Virus record (IMG/VR): IMGVR_UViG_3300005289_000054
Length of the DNA stretch: 26,954 nucleotides
Strand: one strand, 5' to 3'
Origin: a virus
Taxonomy: Duplodnaviria > Heunggongvirae > Uroviricota > Caudoviricetes
The position numbers and the translations under genes are program-made. The notes below the pieces were generated by a model that ran no database searches, was not told the origin of the DNA, and saw only the letters and a program-made list of their open reading frames with translations. Position 1 is the first letter of the stretch, and each line of letters opens with the position of its first letter. This document shows positions 18,780-26,091 of the stretch, in pieces.

Positions 18780-19715
18780 ATTGCCCTCATGTTGTAAATT
18801 ATAAATATTTGTACTTTGTTTATATTCAGGAAGATAATCATCGAAAAACTCTGAACGAGTCATGACCTTATCAATAAAACCTACGTCTAATGCCTCATCA
18901 GAATCTAACAATGCAGCTTCTGTAGCAATGACATCTTCAACACTCATGTTTCTGTTGTTAGCAACAAATGTGTTAAATTCTAAACCAGTCTTGTCAACTT
19001 TCTTTTGTAATGCAGATAAGAATTGAGTACTAAACTCTCCCTCTGCATCAAACGGAATCTTTTGATCTCCGTTGTAAACAAATGTTCTTGTTAAACCAAC
19101 TTTCTCTAACATCTTAGAGTTATTAATTAGCTGAACAACAACACCAACTGAACCAGCTTCAGCATCTGGATTTGCAATAATCTCATCAGAGATAGAGGTT
19201 AAAGCATATGCAGCACTTGCACTCATTCCATCGATATAAGAGATGATTTTAATTCCCTTCTCATTTGCAATAGAACGCATCTCTTTAGCTGTTTCAAACA
19301 CACCATAAGCTTGACCACCGCCTGAATCAACATGAAGAACTAACTCTTCAATTCCTTCAGAAACTTGTGCTTTAAAAGTGCTTAATAGTTTTTCGTAGGA
19401 GGTAAGTTCCATGCACTCACCATCCATCTGACCAGCTTTGTAGACCAGTGTACCTGTGATGTTGAGATTTCCACGCTTACCATCATTTGTGATTCCAAGT
19501 TGTCGTCTTTTATAATCTCGTCTTTCTTCTTCAGAAAGCATATTGATATCGATCTGTTCAACTTCTTCAGATGACTTCGGAGAAACTTCTAAGTCTCCGT
19601 TCGCTCGGTTAACCAAATACTGAGCGATAGTTTGAAGATCATCTGGTAAGATCATTTGTGGAGTATTAAACACTTGTCTAGCGAGTGTTAGACTTCCACG
19701 TTTAAACCTTGCCAA
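18291..19715 (-). CDS. Prohead protease (S49/SppA family) with C-terminal scaffold
   Basis: LHVDSGGG, MSASAAYAL and AGSVGVV S49 motifs; C-terminal coiled coil; TTG start with SD AAGGAGA. Confidence 0.92.
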   Translation of the reverse strand: MARFKRGSLTLARQVFNTPQMILPDDLQTIAQYLVNRANGDLEVSPKSSEEVEQIDINMLSEEERRDYKRRQLGITNDGKRGNLNITGTLVYKAGQMDGECMELTSYEKLLSTFKAQVSEGIEELVLHVDSGGGQAYGVFETAKEMRSIANEKGIKIISYIDGMSASAAYALTSISDEIIANPDAEAGSVGVVVQLINNSKMLEKVGLTRTFVYNGDQKIPFDAEGEFSTQFLSALQKKVDKTGLEFNTFVANNRNMSVEDVIATEAALLDSDEALDVGFIDKVMTRSEFFDDYLPEYKQSTNIYNLQHEGNMSKQANENVSVETLQAQLSTITTEKETLSTQLETATTQLTQLTTEKENLEAQLTAAKSELDSVKEAKAEQEKLAKTEKRRATLATALGKDNEKLESILTSTEALSDEAFDIVASGYGAAIEKQAETLDELGGEGEESETQKKLEQEKELSLAEKIAAAAKQI

Positions 19716-19725
19716 TAGCTTCTCC

Positions 19726-21201
19726 TTATTTATTGTTTACGTTATTTGCACTATTGTCTTTTTCTGCTACATTATCTGAGGTTCCGTTTCCAGTTCCTTT
19801 TTCCAAACCATCACCACTTCTAGAATCGTCTTTCTTTTCTACACCAAGGATTTTATCAATCTCATCTTGTGTCATATCTGAAGATAGTCTTGTTGGAAGC
19901 CCTGCTTGCTCTGCAATATAGTTAATATTTTCAGGAGTAACAGCAATAAGTTTTGTAGCTTTAAGTTGTTGCATCGCTTTAGCGAATGTTGCAAGATCAA
20001 CTTCTTTAAGAGTTTTATATTTTAACTTAGGAGTCTTTGTAGCATCCCAACCATTGCGTTTAAACAAATCAGGAATCAAATCATTGTTAATAACAGTGAA
20101 GATTTCTTTAATCCTATTCTCAACTAACATTGTTAAGAAAGAAGATTTGCTTTCAGCTAAGTTGCTATTACCACCACGCTCATTACCCATCTGAAGTACA
20201 TCAGCAAATAAACACTGATAAATTTCATTAGTAAGTCTTTGGATGATAGAAGTAATAGCTGTAATGTTTGACGAAGATGCAGACATTAATGAGAAGTCAA
20301 ATAACTTACCACCTGATCCAGTATCTTGTTCTCTATCTGAGGGTAGAATTAAAGAGGTTTGTTGACCAATACTGATCTTTGAAATACCATCTTTTAAAAC
20401 TCTATAAACTTCTGAGCTTTCATCATCAACATCATCTGTCATAAACTCTGCTGGCATCCATAAGACTGGTAAACCATTTAAGTTTTTTGATGAGGCAATG
20501 TTCTCTAAGTCTTTATACTTCTGAAGTTCTCTCCACGTATCGTATACATGGGTTAATGGGCTAACTGGCTCTCCGTTTTCTGAGTCAGCTTTAAACATCA
20601 TAAAGCGATCTCTAGGAATATCTACTAATCCATCCTTTAAGCCGATAGACTGAAGATAGGTGAATCGTCTAGCGGCTTGTTTTTGCTTTACTCCAAGAAG
20701 CTCACGACCTTTCTGATCATAAACAAACTCTTCAATACTTTCTTGAGATCGGATTGGTAATCGTTTTATACCAACCTTACCATCATCATACTTACTTCCA
20801 TATTTATCAAGACGAAAACGATAAACTTTCTCATGGATACTAAAACCAAAAGTATTCATAGATAATGCTTCCCGTAAGAAGTCATCAAATGAATGTGTCA
20901 TATCATTATTATCTTGTGTAACACCTAAACATTCATCAACAAAGGCTGCTCTGTTTTTATGAACATCAGTTTGATTGTATGGTTCGATAAAGCGAGGCAC
21001 ACGTAGGGCAATAATCTGTACAGCATTTAGAGCTGACGCGATTGCAATATTCTTCCTCATCAACTTAAAGGTCTGGATTGAATAAGGAAATTTCAAATCC
21101 TTGTTTTCACCAAAAACACAATAGTCATAATCAAATATGCTGGTATTTCCAACCCCTATTTCTGTAGGGATAACTTGTTTCTTTGTAGGTTTTTTTGCCA
21201 T
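19726..21201 (-). CDS. Portal protein
   Basis: 491 aa between large terminase and protease; FGFSIHEKVY and KLPIRSQESI patterns of DUF935-like portals. Confidence 0.9.
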   Translation of the reverse strand: MAKKPTKKQVIPTEIGVGNTSIFDYDYCVFGENKDLKFPYSIQTFKLMRKNIAIASALNAVQIIALRVPRFIEPYNQTDVHKNRAAFVDECLGVTQDNNDMTHSFDDFLREALSMNTFGFSIHEKVYRFRLDKYGSKYDDGKVGIKRLPIRSQESIEEFVYDQKGRELLGVKQKQAARRFTYLQSIGLKDGLVDIPRDRFMMFKADSENGEPVSPLTHVYDTWRELQKYKDLENIASSKNLNGLPVLWMPAEFMTDDVDDESSEVYRVLKDGISKISIGQQTSLILPSDREQDTGSGGKLFDFSLMSASSSNITAITSIIQRLTNEIYQCLFADVLQMGNERGGNSNLAESKSSFLTMLVENRIKEIFTVINNDLIPDLFKRNGWDATKTPKLKYKTLKEVDLATFAKAMQQLKATKLIAVTPENINYIAEQAGLPTRLSSDMTQDEIDKILGVEKKDDSRSGDGLEKGTGNGTSDNVAEKDNSANNVNNK

Positions 21202-21205
21202 TCAA

Positions 21206-22738
21206 TTATCCCATTTTTAATTTTTTAGCGTTGAACTTAGGAAGTTCTCGTTTAGTTGCAACTACATTAAATGCTGTTGCTGTAGAGTCACACATATCAT
21301 CTTTCTTTGCTGAGGTAGAACGTTTACCATCAAAGGATTCAAGCTCATTAAACAACATTGAATTCCAATCTGCTTTAAGCACATCTATTAATCCATTTTG
21401 AGAAGCTGCTGAGAATGGCTCGAAGTTTTTCATCTTGCCGTTTGAGCTACTAACTTTAATGAAATAAATAGGTATTTTTTGTTCTGCAAATATCTTTGCC
21501 CAATATTGTTTAGCTGTCTTTCCAGCAGCGCCTGGGTCTTCAGGAAGATATGCTTTATAGTTCTTTTTATAGAACTCTCTGTCTTTTCTAATTATGTCTA
21601 GAACAGCTTCTTCCACGTCACCAGAACGTTTTTGAAATCGTTCAACATGCTCGATAATATATCTTCCATTTTTTGTTTTAGCTAATAATGTTCCTGCTGT
21701 CCAGTCAGGGAAAGGATTGCTTTCTGTTGGAACTGTAGCTGCTAAGTCAAATACTCTGACACGAGAAACAATATCTTCTTCTGGAGGCATTGATAATAAT
21801 AGAGGCTCAACCCAAGCACGCTTAAAGTGACCACCAGCTTCTTCACGAGCAAACCAAGAACCATATAACATACGTTCTTTTTCTACACGACTTAAGTTTA
21901 AAAGCTTTTGTAGGTATGCTGGATCGGCTCTCATTAGTGGTGGGTTGTCGTAAACCGTAGCACCAATAAATTGAAACTTCATTGGTTTACATTCAGATTC
22001 ACCAGTAAATTGGTCAACACCATATAAGTGACTGTAGGTGTCAAACAACTCTTCATAAGTTGCAGCCCACACGTAATCGTTACCTTGTTTTAAGAAGTAA
22101 CGATAGTCACCATTTCTTTCTGGGTTTGGTCTACCACTAACATCTACGCCATCAATGAACGTTCCTTCAGGATATAGATAATAATCTCTAATCCATTCTA
22201 GAATGTAAGAATCAGGATCAGGGTTACATGTAAGCCAAATACTTGGCTTCATTGGCGTTCCGTCAGGCTCTTTCGCTAAAGTTCGAAGACCTTGGATAAT
22301 CCATTCAATCTCATCTAATGTTAAGTGAGTTGCCTCATCTACCATTGCGGCAGAGATTTGTTTACCTTGTAAGGCATTTTTACCAGCTTGACCATCTAAA
22401 CCAATAAATGTAAAGTCAGCGCCAGTTAATCTTTTGTGACCAGTGGAATGTGGGAATTTAATTGCCATTGGCTTTTTGGTGAATTCGACTCTTGGGTCAA
22501 ACTGTGTAAACATTTTCACAGCTTCATCAAATGCACCACCGCCGCCAACCATGTCTGTCGAGTTCTTACGAATTACATAAGCATGGAAATTATCATCGTG
22601 AACCCAACGTAAGAATCTCATCAGACTTGTGAAGGTTTTACCAGAACCACGCGCACCACCGTAAACAATTACGTCAGCATCAGATTTAAGAAACTTTTCT
22701 TGAGGAGGGCTTGCTGGTCTAAATAATACTCCAGACAT
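21206..22738 (-). CDS. terL: Terminase large subunit
   Basis: Walker A YGGARGSGKT, Walker B AMVDEATH, coupling motif LTCNP, RNase H-like nuclease (FDLAAT...DDMCDS); SD GGAGGT. Confidence 0.97.
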   Translation of the reverse strand: MSGVLFRPASPPQEKFLKSDADVIVYGGARGSGKTFTSLMRFLRWVHDDNFHAYVIRKNSTDMVGGGGAFDEAVKMFTQFDPRVEFTKKPMAIKFPHSTGHKRLTGADFTFIGLDGQAGKNALQGKQISAAMVDEATHLTLDEIEWIIQGLRTLAKEPDGTPMKPSIWLTCNPDPDSYILEWIRDYYLYPEGTFIDGVDVSGRPNPERNGDYRYFLKQGNDYVWAATYEELFDTYSHLYGVDQFTGESECKPMKFQFIGATVYDNPPLMRADPAYLQKLLNLSRVEKERMLYGSWFAREEAGGHFKRAWVEPLLLSMPPEEDIVSRVRVFDLAATVPTESNPFPDWTAGTLLAKTKNGRYIIEHVERFQKRSGDVEEAVLDIIRKDREFYKKNYKAYLPEDPGAAGKTAKQYWAKIFAEQKIPIYFIKVSSSNGKMKNFEPFSAASQNGLIDVLKADWNSMLFNELESFDGKRSTSAKKDDMCDSTATAFNVVATKRELPKFNAKKLKMG

Positions 22739-22754
22739 TTAATTAACCTCCATA

Positions 22755-23162
22755 TTAACTAGGCTTCTTTTCCTCGTAATCCATTGAGAATCTTGAGACT
22801 GGAATGTCAGCAGTTCCGCCAGCAGCGCTATTAAGATTGGATAATCTATCGTATTCTTCTTGATTGCTGTAAATATTGTTTTTATGTTTTCTGAACTTCA
22901 TTTCTTCACGATGTAAATCTTCTTTCATCTCTAAGTTAGATAGTGTAACGTGATAAGACAGAATGTCAGTTGCTGCTTTATATGCAATCTTTGGATTTTC
23001 ATCATCAAGACTTTTTGTTAAGATTCCTAATGCTTTATCTAAGCTGGAATTTAACTTAGCTTTTAGCATTTTTGTATTTACTAATTTTGTATTTCTAATT
23101 GGTTGTCCAAATGTTCCACCAATAATTTCTTCATCTTCTAATTTTTTATAATCTTCGGACAC
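22755..23162 (-). CDS. Putative terminase small subunit
   Basis: 135 aa helical protein directly upstream of terL; GTG start with SD GGAGA. The call rests mostly on position. Confidence 0.6.
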   Translation of the reverse strand: MSEDYKKLEDEEIIGGTFGQPIRNTKLVNTKMLKAKLNSSLDKALGILTKSLDDENPKIAYKAATDILSYHVTLSNLEMKEDLHREEMKFRKHKNNIYSNQEEYDRLSNLNSAAGGTADIPVSRFSMDYEEKKPS

Positions 23163-23192
23163 GTTGCATCTCCAAATAAGAAAACCATGTGC

Positions 23193-23555
23193 TCAGAAGA
23201 AGACATGGTTCCCAATTTTACATTTTAATGATTTACCAAATCGAACACCTAAACGTTGATGATTGAAGTACAAACTTCCTTTGGTATAATTTGTTTTCTT
23301 TGTAGAAAAGTTCTTCGCTACTTTCAGCGATTCATCCCAAGCCTTATTTTCATGCTTAGGCGGTTTTAAAGATTGTGAACCTTTGTACCAAGAAAATTGT
23401 CCTTTTTGTTTTACTACACCACAATATGAATTAGGATAATCTGAATGATTACTCCTGTTATGAATAACCTCTGCAACAGCATACTGCCCTTTAGTTGGTT
23501 CACCTTTTGATTCATTAAATATGGCAATAGCTAAACATAATATAGCTTCTGTCAT
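23193..23555 (-). CDS. Cell wall hydrolase, SleB/Hydrolase_2 family
   Basis: CLAIAIFNESKGE (catalytic Glu), AVAEVIHNR, GQFSW, GSLYF and IGNHVFF motifs. Confidence 0.92.
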   Translation of the reverse strand: MTEAILCLAIAIFNESKGEPTKGQYAVAEVIHNRSNHSDYPNSYCGVVKQKGQFSWYKGSQSLKPPKHENKAWDESLKVAKNFSTKKTNYTKGSLYFNHQRLGVRFGKSLKCKIGNHVFF

Positions 23556-23570
23556 AATTTACCTAAATTT

Positions 23571-23646
23571 TGGTAGCGAAGGAGGGAATTGAACCCTCGT
23601 GCATGAGCTTATGAGACTCACTGTGAAACCACCATCACTCCTCGCT
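23571..23646 (-). tRNA. tRNA-Met or Ile2 (CAT), atypical D region
   Basis: Acceptor AGCGAGG/CTTCGCT, anticodon arm TGAGT-CTCATAA-GCTCA, T arm GAGGG-TTCAATT-CCCTC, encoded CCA. It lacks the three G-C pairs of initiator tRNA, so it is elongator Met or Ile2. Confidence 0.85.
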
Positions 23647-23648
23647 AT

Positions 23649-23725
23649 TGGTCTTTGTAGTAGGAATTGAACCTACGACATCTTGCTCCCAAAGCAAGTG
23701 CTCTACCAAACTGAGCTATACAAAG
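23649..23725 (-). tRNA. tRNA-Pro (TGG)
   Basis: Canonical cloverleaf: CTTTGTA/TACAAAG, CTTGC-TTTGGGA-GCAAG, GTAGG-TTCAATT-CCTAC, CCA. Confidence 0.96.
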
Positions 23726-24148
23726 TTATATTATTAAGATCCCTGCATGTACTTTTCGATGACAATTTGAACACAGAACAATACATTTGCGAATCTCTCT
23801 CTTTAAACTATCTGTTGAGTATGAAACCGCAACACTAACATTAATATCCTTCTCTTTAGGATTTAAATGGTGAAAGTCTAAAGCTACTGGTTCATTTTCA
23901 ATGCAAAAATGGCAACCACAAAACCTTTTATATTTGTAAATAAGAGAACTATTATACTTCTTATTTTCATCTCTTCTCGACTTAATTGAATTACGTCTTG
24001 ATTCACTTTTTAAATAAGAGTTACTATCAATCTCTTTTCTACAAGATTTACAATTAACTTGTAATCCATCTTTTCTTTTTGAGGACTTATGATACTCTGA
24101 AAATCCTTTATCTTCTTTACACCTAGGACAAACTTTACTACCCATCAT
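23726..24148 (-). CDS. Free-standing HNH endonuclease
   Basis: N-terminal CPRC...CKSC zinc motif; CHFC...LDFHH...CIVLCSNCHRKVH HNH core; sits between two tRNAs. Confidence 0.88.
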   Translation of the reverse strand: MMGSKVCPRCKEDKGFSEYHKSSKRKDGLQVNCKSCRKEIDSNSYLKSESRRNSIKSRRDENKKYNSSLIYKYKRFCGCHFCIENEPVALDFHHLNPKEKDINVSVAVSYSTDSLKREIRKCIVLCSNCHRKVHAGILII

Positions 24149-24160
24149 TCCCTCTCAATT

Positions 24161-24235
24161 TGGTGCTTCTACCAAGACTTGCACTTGATACTCAACGTTA
24201 CAAAGGTCGTGTTATACTACATTAACTATAGAAGC
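24161..24235 (-). tRNA. tRNA-Thr (TGT), non-canonical T loop
   Basis: GCTTCTA/TAGAAGC-A-CCA; anticodon loop TT-TGT-AA with a C31.C39 mismatch; T loop TGCAAGT. Confidence 0.8.
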
Positions 24236-24242
24236 ATTAAAT

Positions 24243-24260
24243 GCGAGGATTGCTCCTCGC
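24243..24260 (-). other. GNRA-capped hairpin (possible terminator or processing element)
   Basis: GCGAGGA-GCAA-TCCTCGC, 7 nt upstream of tRNA-Thr; only a weak U tract (ATTTAAT). Confidence 0.55.
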
Positions 24261-24274
24261 GCAAAACAGAAAGT

Positions 24275-24631
24275 TTAATTCTTACTGTTTTGTTTGTCAA
24301 CAGTGGACTGAATCCATCTAGAAAACTTATTAAAAGCAATTGCTAATTCTTTTGAATTCTCTGGTTGCTCACTACAAAAGCTTCCAAACATCTTTAATAA
24401 CAATCCTTCATCATAATTTGAATTGTGATTACCAGCTATTGTGTTAGGTGTTTGGGTGTTTTGTTGAACACTACCAGAGGGAATAGAATTAACTTGAGGG
24501 CCATTATGAACAACATTTTGATTGTATCCGTAAGGAGTTCCATTCACCATTTCAAGAATTTGATTTTGATTATAGCCCATTCTGAGTAGACTATTAACTA
24601 AATTATTTAACTGGAAATTACTGTTGTTCAT
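24275..24631 (-). CDS. Hypothetical protein with Asn/Gln-rich N-terminus
   Basis: SD GGAG; 26 of the first 73 residues are N or Q, with only one Arg and one Glu. Confidence 0.75.
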   Translation of the reverse strand: MNNSNFQLNNLVNSLLRMGYNQNQILEMVNGTPYGYNQNVVHNGPQVNSIPSGSVQQNTQTPNTIAGNHNSNYDEGLLLKMFGSFCSEQPENSKELAIAFNKFSRWIQSTVDKQNSKN

Positions 24632-24643
24632 ATGACTCCTATA

Positions 24644-25477
24644 TTAAGCTCTTACGTTAGTTGGGTTAGCTGTTTGTGGTCCACTTGCAACAGCTCCAGT
24701 GTTACCAATAATTAAAGATTGGTTTGTCGCTCTTGCAATTTGAGATACATCACTAACACAATGTGCTAATTGACCTATCAATTGTTGTTGTTGTTGGAAT
24801 TGTAACTGATTTTGATTTTGGTTATTAATCATGTTAATTTCAATACCATGTCGGTCATCGCGTCTACGACCTTCATTACGAAGTTCGATGATTTCGTCTT
24901 GACGTTCTGCTGCAATACGATTAAGTTCAGCAATTTGGTTTGATGTAATTAATGCACGAGTTTTTTCACCGTCATCTTTTACTGTAGTTGCTAACTGCCA
25001 ACCAAGACGTTCGATATTAGTGTTTGTAACACCTTGACCAATGGCTACTTGAGTTGATAATGAATCTACAGCATCTTTTGTATTTGCAAAACCTTGTACA
25101 TTAGCTAATTGACCAGTGAATAACTGGTTAGTTAAAGCAAGAGTTTGTGCTTGATTTTGTTGTGTGATATCAGATTGAGCACCAGCTAATGCAAGTTGCA
25201 TTTGACCTTCTGCTAATGGTACTGCTGCCTTAATATCTGCTAAGTTTGAAAGGATTGCATTTGTATCAATAGCGCCTTGAAGATTATTTAAACCATCAAT
25301 ACCACCATATCCACCGCAAGGCATACCATTGCCATATCCGTAACCACCACCAAAATTACCGAACCCTCGGTTCAAAACTGAACCTAAAACCAAACCGCCT
25401 AATAAGCCACCACCCATTCCAAAACCATCATTGTTTCCAGTTGCAACAAGTGAAGGCATAGCTGCTTGATATTCCAT
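24644..25477 (-). CDS. Hypothetical Gly-rich / coiled-coil / Gln-rich protein
   Basis: Probable start ATG 25477 (MEYQAA) after AAGGA; GMGGGLLGGLVLG glycine zipper, GF/GY repeats, helical middle (DDGEKTRALI), NQNQNQLQFQQQQQ. Confidence 0.85.
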   Translation of the reverse strand: MEYQAAMPSLVATGNNDGFGMGGGLLGGLVLGSVLNRGFGNFGGGYGYGNGMPCGGYGGIDGLNNLQGAIDTNAILSNLADIKAAVPLAEGQMQLALAGAQSDITQQNQAQTLALTNQLFTGQLANVQGFANTKDAVDSLSTQVAIGQGVTNTNIERLGWQLATTVKDDGEKTRALITSNQIAELNRIAAERQDEIIELRNEGRRRDDRHGIEINMINNQNQNQLQFQQQQQLIGQLAHCVSDVSQIARATNQSLIIGNTGAVASGPQTANPTNVRA

Positions 25478-25489
25478 TTTGTTTTCCTT

Positions 25490-25517
25490 AAAAAGAAAGT
25501 AGAACCAATCTCGGTTC
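25490..25517 (-). terminator. Candidate leader terminator upstream of the Gly-rich protein gene
   Basis: GAACCG-AGAT-TGGTTC followed by TACTTTCTTTTT, which abuts the SD. Confidence 0.45.
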
Positions 25518-25564
25518 AAAGTATCTAACCCACCCTGAGTTAGAATTTCAGAAAAAGATTCGAC

Positions 25565-25690
25565 TCAGCCTTCCTTCTGGGCTTCCATCAACATCTTTAA
25601 AATTTCTACTAATTCTTCTTGAGTTTCATAATAAAATTTTACTTTTACTTTCTCTTTTCCACATTTAATTTCATAACAGCATTTTTTCAT
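25565..25690 (-). CDS. Small 41-aa ORF
   Basis: Not in the ORF track: MKKCCYEIKCGKEKVKVKFYYETQEELVEILKMLMEAQKEG*; only a weak SD (GAG). Confidence 0.5.
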   Translation of the reverse strand: MKKCCYEIKCGKEKVKVKFYYETQEELVEILKMLMEAQKEG

Positions 25691-25715
25691 TATTATTACT
25701 CATTATATTTTTATT

Positions 25716-25786
25716 TGGCAAATCACCAGTGAATCGAACACTGCTACTGAGTTTTGGAGACTCTGTTCCTCGCCAGAGGGCGACTT
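25716..25786 (-). tRNA. tRNA-Trp (CCA), shortened D arm
   Basis: AAGTCGC/GTGATTT-G-CCA; GAGT-CTCCAAA-ACTC; CAGTG-TTCGATT-CACTG; only 71 nt. Confidence 0.78.
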
Positions 25787-25792
25787 ATAAAT

Positions 25793-25878
25793 TGGCAGAG
25801 AGCATCAGTCTCGATCTGAATCCTTTTACAGACGTTCGCGTTAGCAGTGCGACCTAGAACCTATCTAGTTTACTCTCT
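25793..25878 (-). tRNA. tRNA-Ser (GCT), non-canonical T loop
   Basis: AGAGAGT/GCTCTCT-G-CCA; loop CT-GCT-AA; long variable arm; T loop ATCGAGA. Confidence 0.82.
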
Positions 25879-25886
25879 ATAGTATT

Positions 25887-25977
25887 TGGCGGAGAAAGTG
25901 AGACTTGAACTCACACGGCTATTACACCTAACTGTTTTCAAGACAGCATCCGTTAGACCGACTCGGATTATTTCTCC
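25887..25977 (-). tRNA. tRNA-Ser (TGA)
   Basis: GGAGAAA/TTTCTCC-G-CCA; GCTGT-CTTGAAA-ACAGT; long variable arm; T loop TTCAAGT. Confidence 0.93.
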
Positions 25978-26091
25978 AATTTCAGGTGTTGATTAATGCT
26001 CGGCTCTGATGTAGCTCTCTGCGCTAACACACTGGATACCCTGAAGATATCTAACAGTGGGAGAATCCTGAAAACTCCCTTATACGAAATT

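Noticed and set aside
18795-18810. T4-type late promoter TATAAATA
   Set aside because: It is on the non-coding strand inside the protease gene, and I did not find it recurring upstream of late genes.
4151-21401. Short alternative-frame and plus-strand ORFs in the track (e.g. 4450-4728, 5976-6182, 7220-7567, 7958-8254, 9611-9838, 10058-10393, 17915-18115, 18302-18538, 19709-19921, 21195-21401)
   Set aside because: They lie inside or overlap long, well-supported minus-strand genes and show no recognisable motifs; they are best explained as shadows of the real genes.
21206-22738. Intron or intein in the terminase large subunit
   Set aside because: Continuous 510-aa ORF of normal size with no splicing motifs or embedded endonuclease.
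22963-23151. Plus-strand 62-aa ORF
   Set aside because: Antisense shadow inside the putative terminase small subunit gene.
25478-25519. Track start (MNRDWFYFLF...) for the Gly-rich protein
   Set aside because: It falls within the leader hairpin and has no SD; ATG 25477 has AAGGA at good spacing.
25990-26035. Hammerhead-like CTGATG core on the plus strand, or tRNA-linked HDV-like (theta) ribozyme
   Set aside because: It reads CTGATGT, with no GAAA after the stem. No tRNA 3' end is followed by a recognisable nested double pseudoknot, and all tRNAs already encode CCA.
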